Both the position numbers and the translations under genes were made by a program. Below are positions 57,200 through 64,000 of a stretch of DNA of 64,000 nt, piece by piece (position 1 is the first letter of the stretch; the number at the start of each line of letters is the position of its first letter). The DNA is taken from IMG/VR virus record IMGVR_UViG_3300021963_009993, positions 64,001-128,000 of that record; one strand, 5' to 3'. This DNA comes from a virus. Below the pieces are notes generated by a model. The model worked only from the letters and a program-made list of their open reading frames with translations, was not told where the DNA came from and ran no database searches.

Positions 57200-58999
57200 A
57201 TGTCTAAAAGTTTATGGCGAAAAAAATATAAAACACTTAGAGAATACTACAAAAAAGAATTCGACCCAGAATTCTATGATTTTGATGATTATGTTTTGGA
57301 AATAGATCCAGATGAAACATTTGATGAAATAAACAATTATTCTGTCGAAAGACAGAACGAAGAAATTGTAAAATGCGTCAATAGTTTTGGTTACTTCTGT
57401 CAGAAATACATCAGAATTCTTCATCCAACCAAAGGATTAATACCGTTCATTCTTTTCAAATATCAAGTTAAATGTATACAAGAATATGAAAAACACAGAT
57501 TCAGCATTATTTCTAAATTCCGGCAGGGAGGTCTGACAACAGTAACTTTGATATATGGTTTGTGGAAATGCATGTTCCAACTAGATCAACAAATCATGGC
57601 ATTATCAAAGACTGACCGTGAAGCAACAAACATAGGCATGATGGTTGACCGTGCAGTAGAGAATATGCCATCTTGGCTATCGCCCAAAAAAGATGGCAAA
57701 TGGAATGATCACTTAAAACAATTCAAAGATACTGGCGGGGCATTGCAGTTTTATAGCCCAGAAGCTGCTCGTGGTAAGTCAGTAACATTCCTCATTATCG
57801 ATGAGGCAGCATTTATACCAGACATGGAAAACCATTGGAAAGCCATGTGGCCCGTGCTATCAACAGGTGGTTCTTGTGTTTTGATTTCTACTGTTAATGG
57901 TCTTGGCAACTGGTATGAGGAGACTTATACCAAGGCTAAAGACGGCAAAAACATGTTTCATGTAATTGATTTGGACTATTGGGAACATCCAGATTACAAC
58001 GAAAAAAACCACCCCGGATGGGTTGAAGAACAAAAAGCCCAACTTGGTGAAAAAGGTTTCATGCAAGAAGTCATGAGATCCTTTTTGGGATCGGGAGAAA
58101 CTTATATACCGGCAGAAAAAATATCAGCATTAGACCAAGAATTAAGGAAGATAAATCCCATAAAGAAACTTTTCCCTAGATTCGTAAACAAAGATAACAC
58201 AGCGGAAGAATTTTATGACGAAATAAGCAAAGGTGCCCTATGGATCTGGCAAGAATCTAAACCCGGACATGAATATGCACTTGGAGTTGACTGTGCCGAA
58301 GGAGTTGGAAGTGAGGGCGACAACTCTTGCATACAAATAATCGATGTAAACAGACTTGAACAAGTAGCTGAATTTTACAGCAATACAATAACGCCACATG
58401 ATTTGGCAAATGTTGTTTTTGAACTAGGAATTTTATACAACACGGGACTTATAATAGTAGAAGATATGGCAAGTGGTGGCATCGTCCTAGAAATGTTGCA
58501 GCATGATCTCAGTTATGAAAATCTTTTTGTGTCCCAGAAAAACGCAAGAAATATGAGGCCAGGCTTAAAGATAACAACAGCAAATCGTTCAAATGTTTTA
58601 CAAGGATTTCAATCAAGAGTATTGAACAATTCACTCAGAATAAACAGCAGAAGGCTTTTGCGTGAAATGAAAACATTTGAATTTAACAACACTACAAAAA
58701 AAGCATCCGCTGCAAAGGGAAAACATGATGATGCGATAATGGCTATGGCTATCGCCTTGTATGGAAGAGATCAAACCGTTCGTGATGTTCCTTTGGGAAT
58801 TGATGGTTCTGATGCAAAGGGAAAATCACAAACCATGCTTGCTGATATCAAAGAAGAATTACGAAAAGGATTACAAGAAAGCATTCTTGAAAAAGTCATA
58901 AATAGAGAAAAGAAAACAAATCTTGATGAAAGTGACCAAGAATTATTAATATCAATGTATAGAAAAAAACACGATATATGCAAGGAGTTTAACTGGTAA
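57200..58999 (+). CDS. Terminase large subunit (T4 gp17-like)
   Basis: Start reassigned to ATG 57200; KFRQGGLTT Walker A, LIIDEAAF Walker B, ISTVNG, GVDCAEG and HDDAIMA nuclease motifs. Confidence 0.93.
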   Translation: MSKSLWRKKYKTLREYYKKEFDPEFYDFDDYVLEIDPDETFDEINNYSVERQNEEIVKCVNSFGYFCQKYIRILHPTKGLIPFILFKYQVKCIQEYEKHRFSIISKFRQGGLTTVTLIYGLWKCMFQLDQQIMALSKTDREATNIGMMVDRAVENMPSWLSPKKDGKWNDHLKQFKDTGGALQFYSPEAARGKSVTFLIIDEAAFIPDMENHWKAMWPVLSTGGSCVLISTVNGLGNWYEETYTKAKDGKNMFHVIDLDYWEHPDYNEKNHPGWVEEQKAQLGEKGFMQEVMRSFLGSGETYIPAEKISALDQELRKINPIKKLFPRFVNKDNTAEEFYDEISKGALWIWQESKPGHEYALGVDCAEGVGSEGDNSCIQIIDVNRLEQVAEFYSNTITPHDLANVVFELGILYNTGLIIVEDMASGGIVLEMLQHDLSYENLFVSQKNARNMRPGLKITTANRSNVLQGFQSRVLNNSLRINSRRLLREMKTFEFNNTTKKASAAKGKHDDAIMAMAIALYGRDQTVRDVPLGIDGSDAKGKSQTMLADIKEELRKGLQESILEKVINREKKTNLDESDQELLISMYRKKHDICKEFNW

Positions 59000-59000
59000 A

Positions 59001-59780
59001 ATGTACACGCCACAAATAACAATCAACATGGAGGAGTATAAAGAAGCAATCAAATCATCTTTGTACGATGAAAAATGGATTTATAATTTATACAAAAACA
59101 AGAATACAATATGTGAATTTTTAAAACCACACCTAAAAAACCCTAAGAAAGCTTTTGTTGAATTTTTGAAGACATCGGAACTTCAACCACTTTTAGAAGG
59201 TATGAAAACCACATGTTTGGATGAAAAAGCTGCAAGAATAATATTTGAAGCTGGTAAAAGCGAAACTACAATAATGATTATAGAAAACTTGATTGAAAAG
59301 ACTGAGAATGATGCTCATATAGTCAAGCTATTACTTAATGAATACATGAACATTAATGGAAACTTTTTTGACGCAGAAATAAAACCTTTTCCAGAAAACA
59401 TTGATGAAACAACAAGTTTCATTAGAACATTTAACATAAAAACAAACAATGACACTTTTTATGTCAGAATTAAAGACACAGGATTAGACATAGCCAACAA
59501 TACTGAAATAAATGAATACTTCGATTCAAGAACAAAAAATAAAGCTATTAAGAAAAGATATGTTCATGAAAATGATATGACGAACCAAGAATACAGAAAT
59601 ATCGTGAGAAAATTAATCAGCTTAAAAGAAGCTGAAATACCTTGTCAAAAACTACACCTAAACTCAAATGATTGTCCATACAAGGTTGTATACAGGGGAA
59701 ACCAAACAGTCATAGACGAAAATAAAGAAATTAAAATATGCAAGGAAAACATCAAAATAAGGATCATAAGTAAATCATGA
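59001..59780 (+). CDS. Hypothetical protein
   Basis: 259-aa ORF coupled to terminase. Confidence 0.7.
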   Translation: MYTPQITINMEEYKEAIKSSLYDEKWIYNLYKNKNTICEFLKPHLKNPKKAFVEFLKTSELQPLLEGMKTTCLDEKAARIIFEAGKSETTIMIIENLIEKTENDAHIVKLLLNEYMNINGNFFDAEIKPFPENIDETTSFIRTFNIKTNNDTFYVRIKDTGLDIANNTEINEYFDSRTKNKAIKKRYVHENDMTNQEYRNIVRKLISLKEAEIPCQKLHLNSNDCPYKVVYRGNQTVIDENKEIKICKENIKIRIISKS

Positions 59781-60103
59781 ACACAAATGAAAAAAAACTA
59801 AATGAACTTAAGATCCAGTTGGAAAAGATATACAGGCAATTCCCTGAACAATTCGCTGTCTCTAATGCAAAATCACATCTTAAGAAATGCATATTAGAAA
59901 TAGAACAAACACAAGCAAAAAGAAATAAAAGAAAATTAAACGATATTCAAAATCAAAAAACTATGCAATTTGCGTCATATGAGAACGCAAAAGCTGCATT
60001 GGAAATCCTAGACCAAATGCTTGAAGACCAACAGAAACAACTAGACAAACAAAATCAAGTAAAACAAAATACAAATCCACAAGATGAACTTTTCATGGGT
60101 TAA
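59777..60103 (+). CDS. Coiled-coil hypothetical protein
   Basis: 108-aa helical ORF, ATGA overlap. Confidence 0.65.
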   Translation: MNTNEKKLNELKIQLEKIYRQFPEQFAVSNAKSHLKKCILEIEQTQAKRNKRKLNDIQNQKTMQFASYENAKAALEILDQMLEDQQKQLDKQNQVKQNTNPQDELFMG

Positions 60104-60590
60104 AACTTTTTTTAAGACATAAAAACTCTTGAATTTTTTTAAAAAAATCATCCTTATCAAAATTCTTCTCTTCAAATACAAGACAATTTTTATATTTTTC
60201 TGATATAAACTTCAATCTTTTTAGCCTTTCTGACAAATAGTTTTGAACAAATCTCTTGTCTATCAAACCAAATTTTCTCAAATCTATTTTTAAAATATCT
60301 CCAAATATTACGATAAATTTTATATCAGAATAAATATTCTGGTATCCAACTTGGTGATTGTAAAATAAAATATCATACCAATAGGCATTTGCGAATTGCC
60401 ATTTATGTGACAATGGTCTTATGTCATGGAAATTAGCATTTTCGTATATGTTATTGATTTCTGGAGAATAAACTGTTTGTATCTGTGGGTGAGATTCAAA
60501 CAAATCGTTCCAGAATTTAACATCTATGCCTAAATGTGTATGAATTAGAAATGGTTTCATTCGTTTGCCAAATAATATAATTAAGTGCAA
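60093..60590 (-). CDS. Degenerate sulfotransferase-like protein
   Basis: FLI...LFESHPQI, IKFIVIF, LVFEE...FFKKIQEFL resemble sulfotransferase landmarks; PAPS loop not recognisable. Confidence 0.35.
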   Translation of the reverse strand: MHLIILFGKRMKPFLIHTHLGIDVKFWNDLFESHPQIQTVYSPEINNIYENANFHDIRPLSHKWQFANAYWYDILFYNHQVGYQNIYSDIKFIVIFGDILKIDLRKFGLIDKRFVQNYLSERLKRLKFISEKYKNCLVFEEKNFDKDDFFKKIQEFLCLKKSFNP

Positions 60591-60642
60591 AATACTAAAA
60601 TTTAACTATACATATAACAACGAAAGAATTTGAAGAGGTGCT

Positions 60643-63156
60643 ATGCCGACTCCAATATGGTCCGATTATTTTAAGACTTTTGATTTTGCTTTTACCAAAG
60701 ATCCACTAAGTAGGACTTTAAACACCAAAAATATAGTTGGTGCCGGTATTGCACAACCAGACTCCATACCCAGCCTAAGTCCAGATGGTAGCTTTTGGAG
60801 CGGAACTGATTCAAGATTAATTAGACTTCGTGAAACAAACGATTTTATTGACCTGTCAACTGTAACAAACAGGCAAAGCAGATACAAGGAATACGAAAGA
60901 CTTATTACCATTCCAGAAATCGAAATGGCATTGAATGTCTTCGCAGACGAAGCTTGTGTTGCTGGCAGAACAAAAGTCGCAACTCCATTCGGAATGATAC
61001 CAATAGAAAAATTGGCAGAAACACATGCGAATGAAAAATTCTTGGTCTACTGCTATGATTTCAAAAAGAAAGATTACACACTTGGATGGGGGCATAGTCC
61101 ACGAAAAACAAAAACTGAAAAAACAATAATCATAATTTTCACAGATGGTACTGATTTGGAATGCACAGCAGATCATAAGATTCTTCTGAGAGATGGAACT
61201 TGGATTGCAGCAGGGGAAATAAGAGAAGAAATGGAAATCATGCCGTTTTATAGGTGTGAACCAAGAAAATATATGTCAAAACTGAATGAAAAACAGTTTC
61301 CCAGAATATACACCCACACAAAAGGATGGATTCACGAAAGACAATTAGTCGATGAATGGAGAACAGGAAAAGAAAACGAAAGGCAACAACTCGTAAACAA
61401 GTTCTGTCGCCATGTTTGTGAAGGATTAACTGTAGCAAAATTGGAAGAAATATTAAATACAAACTACATCACAATAACAAAAAACCTTAAAAAAGAAGGT
61501 TTTTGTATTGACGAATTAAGATGGCTTGGCAAAAAGAAAGATAGAAAAACAGTAAGATCAGTTATAGAAGGCAGAACAACAGATGTTTATGATTTGACTG
61601 TTGAAGAACACCACAATTTTTGCACAGATACAGTTGTCGTACATAATTGTCAAAAAGATGCTAACGGCAATATACTCAAAATTCATTGTGAAAACGATGA
61701 TGTAAAAGAAGAACTTGAATTTCTGTTCTTCCATAGATCAATGATAAACATCAATAGAAGAGCATGGGCAGATTTCAAATCTCTTTTGCTTTATGGGGAT
61801 CTTTTTTATGAAATAATAATCAATCTAGATAATCCTCAAGATGGTGTGTTAAGGCTGTTAAAACTACCACCAGAATCGATGTACAGAATTGAAACTACAA
61901 AAGGAAAAGTAGTTGAATTCCAACAATCTAAAGAAGGCCCAGATTACCAAAGCTTGACAAGGGCTCCAGTCACTCAAGCAACTGATCAAGAAATCATGAT
62001 GGCAACAGCAATACGATTTGCTCCCGAACAGGTAATCCATGCCAGAATTGGTGATGATAGGAAAATGTTCTATCCATATGGCGTTTCGATGGTTGAAGCT
62101 GCCAGAGGGCCAGCACACCAATTAAGACTCATGGAAGATGCCATGTTGGTTTATAGACTTTCAAGAAGCCCTGAAAGAAGAGTTTTCTACATAGATGTCG
62201 GACAACTTCCACCATTCAAAGCAGAAGCATTTATAGAAAAAATGAAAGATCAATTCAGGAAGAAAAAAATATCCACAAATAGAACAGGTATGACTGGGCC
62301 TAATTCCGTTGAGGAAAGATACCATGCACCAGCGGTAGATGAGGATTACTGGTTGCCCATAAGACCAAATTCCAACACAAAAATTGAAACACTTCCTGGT
62401 GCCCAAAATCTCGGTGAAATAGATGATGCAATCTATTTCAGAAACAGATTGTTTACAGCTTTGCAATTCCCCAAAAATTATTTCAATGTAGAAGATGCAT
62501 CAGTAACAAAAATAACACTATCAGCCCAAGATGTTCGTGTTGCAAGACTTGTCGAAAGACTACAAGCTCCTTTTGAGGATGCTATGTGGGAAGTTGCACA
62601 CAGACATTTGCAACTTAGAGGTTTCCCACCAGACACATATACCGATCTGCAAGTAAGAATGACTGCTCCATCTGAATGGCGTGAACTAAGCAGAGCAGAA
62701 GTTGTAAACACAAGAATTCAAAATGCCGGTGCTTTGAAAAGCGGAAACTTATTATCAGATTATGACATCCTTACAAAATGGATGATGTATTCTGAAGATG
62801 AGGCAAAAACACTCATCGCAAGACTAAAGATGCAGAAAATTGAAGATGCCAAACTTCAAGTTCTTGCTCAAAATCCGGCACTTCTTGGCGTTGGAATACC
62901 AGCAGATGATGAATCACAGGAAGGCGAAGAAATTGGCGCAACACCAGAAGGACCAAGTCCACAGCTTGCACCACCCGGAGAAGAGAACATACCACAAGAA
63001 CCAAGTGGTTTTGAGGGACAACAAGCACCAAACACAAGCGTTGGTGGCGCACCCATTCCATTCCCAAGCTCAAAGGATATTCAGAAATATGATATGGAAA
63101 TCAATAATTATGCCAATGAAGAAGATTATGAAAGCCCGGATTTTGATGTTGAATAG
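60643..63156 (+). CDS. Portal protein (T4 gp20-like) containing an intein
   Basis: RYKEYERL...IEMALNVFADEA, LRLMEDAMLVYRLSRSPERRVFYIDVGQLP, EDYWLP, TKIETLPGAQNLGEIDD. Confidence 0.93.
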   Translation: MPTPIWSDYFKTFDFAFTKDPLSRTLNTKNIVGAGIAQPDSIPSLSPDGSFWSGTDSRLIRLRETNDFIDLSTVTNRQSRYKEYERLITIPEIEMALNVFADEACVAGRTKVATPFGMIPIEKLAETHANEKFLVYCYDFKKKDYTLGWGHSPRKTKTEKTIIIIFTDGTDLECTADHKILLRDGTWIAAGEIREEMEIMPFYRCEPRKYMSKLNEKQFPRIYTHTKGWIHERQLVDEWRTGKENERQQLVNKFCRHVCEGLTVAKLEEILNTNYITITKNLKKEGFCIDELRWLGKKKDRKTVRSVIEGRTTDVYDLTVEEHHNFCTDTVVVHNCQKDANGNILKIHCENDDVKEELEFLFFHRSMININRRAWADFKSLLLYGDLFYEIIINLDNPQDGVLRLLKLPPESMYRIETTKGKVVEFQQSKEGPDYQSLTRAPVTQATDQEIMMATAIRFAPEQVIHARIGDDRKMFYPYGVSMVEAARGPAHQLRLMEDAMLVYRLSRSPERRVFYIDVGQLPPFKAEAFIEKMKDQFRKKKISTNRTGMTGPNSVEERYHAPAVDEDYWLPIRPNSNTKIETLPGAQNLGEIDDAIYFRNRLFTALQFPKNYFNVEDASVTKITLSAQDVRVARLVERLQAPFEDAMWEVAHRHLQLRGFPPDTYTDLQVRMTAPSEWRELSRAEVVNTRIQNAGALKSGNLLSDYDILTKWMMYSEDEAKTLIARLKMQKIEDAKLQVLAQNPALLGVGIPADDESQEGEEIGATPEGPSPQLAPPGEENIPQEPSGFEGQQAPNTSVGGAPIPFPSSKDIQKYDMEINNYANEEDYESPDFDVE
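60955..61647 (+). mobile_element. 231-aa intein in the portal with degenerate homing-endonuclease insert
   Basis: Block A CVAGRTKV, block B LECTADHKILL, block F VYDLTVEEHHNF, block G VVVHN followed by +1 Cys. Confidence 0.9.
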
Positions 63157-63455
63157 TTAACCAATCCACGCTGACCACCATAACCTTTGACATATCCCAA
63201 TCCAGATTCGACTGGATTTTCAATGAAGTCATCAGCGTCCGACATCAAATCGTTCATCACATTCTTAACAGCATCTTCCCTGTCGGCAAATGACTGAATG
63301 AAATCAAAACATTCAGTAGGATATTTTTGGACAAGTGTTTTAAACAATTCTACGGAACTATCCGCAAGCTTTGCCTGCAAATCCACAGGAAGCTTGGAAA
63401 TAATTATGCCAGAATTCTTGTCATTTTCTTCTAAATAATTTAAAAAAGATTTCAT
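63126..63455 (-). CDS. Hypothetical protein with capsid-targeting-like N-terminus
   Basis: Starts MKSFLNYLEE; GGTGAA SD. Confidence 0.65.
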   Translation of the reverse strand: MKSFLNYLEENDKNSGIIISKLPVDLQAKLADSSVELFKTLVQKYPTECFDFIQSFADREDAVKNVMNDLMSDADDFIENPVESGLGYVKGYGGQRGLVNYSTSKSGLS

Positions 63456-63594
63456 GTTTCACCAAAAATTATTTACTACTTAATACATATTTTTTAGTTA
63501 ACAAATGTTTTTTCTTTATTTTTTAATCAAAGAATTAACATAATACCATATATAACCCTAGCGTTTTGTATTAAAACTTTTGTGGAGAGTTAGC

Positions 63595-64000
63595 ATGAAG
63601 AAAAAATTTATTGACTTCAACACTTTCAAGGCTCTTGAAAGCAATTCACTAACAGCTATTGAAAAAGAACTAAATGAGGCCTCCGAAATCTTGGCCAAAG
63701 TTCTAAATGAAAAAGTTCTCAGCGTTCATTGCCTAAACGAGAACGATGTCACATTTATCAACGCTGACGGCAACTTGATTCATGCCGATATCAGCATGGA
63801 CAAGAATAACTTGATCCTAGAGAACATCGAAGAATTGGTTATTGATGAATCCAGCTTCAACAATGGCAGAAAAGAAATTGTCAACAAGATGGTAGAAAGC
63901 ATTCTAGAAGACAATTTGGCAGAAGCTAGCATAAGATTCTCCGACTATTTCAACAACGCTACTCTCAAAGCTAACTTGCGTGAAGGAATCATCTCCGAAG
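63595..64000 (+). CDS. Partial ORF; probable prohead core/scaffold protein
   Basis: Manual translation MKKKFIDFNTFKALESNSLTAIEKELNE... open to the window end, after GGAGAG SD; many (L/I)xE motifs; downstream of portal. Confidence 0.55.
   Translation, partial: MKKKFIDFNTFKALESNSLTAIEKELNEASEILAKVLNEKVLSVHCLNENDVTFINADGNLIHADISMDKNNLILENIEELVIDESSFNNGRKEIVNKMVESILEDNLAEASIRFSDYFNNATLKANLREGIISE

Noticed and set aside
63456-63594. tRNA or structured RNA in the larger intergenic gaps (also 2581-2697, 5592-5677, 44309-44434)
   Set aside because: AT-rich promoter-like sequence; no cloverleaf, T-loop or CCA end visible by eye (tRNAscan-SE and Infernal were not run)
1-64000. Alternative genetic code (stop-codon reassignment) as in some large phages
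   Set aside because: Conserved genes are full length in code 11 and TAA, TAG and TGA all end genes at sensible positions

Overview
AT-rich segment of a large T4-like tailed dsDNA phage (myovirus) read in standard code 11. No rRNA, tRNA, CRISPR array or integrase was seen. The core is a virion morphogenesis region: gp2-like DNA end protector, 2492-aa tape measure, tube initiator, gp53/LysM-like wedge, hub, gp5/VgrG-like spike, gp25, gp6, gp7-like, three paralogous PKD-type fibre/appendage genes, large terminase, intein-containing gp20-like portal and the start of a probable prohead core protein. Primase and a Cas4/RecB-like nuclease are interspersed. Accessory genes include two glycan-modification clusters, AdoMet decarboxylase, ClpP, two zinc metalloproteases, a ferritin-like protein and a CCA-enzyme-like protein with degenerate catalytic motifs. 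The best candidates for undescribed systems are: (1) a phage actin-like ATPase resembling the volactin/MreB-like group, flanked by a small ORF and a tandem-repeat putative DNA-binding protein (46.6-48.4 kb); (2) a Maf-like glycosyltransferase translationally coupled to a mucin-like Thr/Pro-rich, Cys-rich fibre, suggesting virion O-glycosylation (38-47 kb); (3) about ten ORFs sharing a T4-like capsid-targeting N-terminal motif, one carrying an HExxH protease site. All family assignments come from motif recognition by eye, not database searches.
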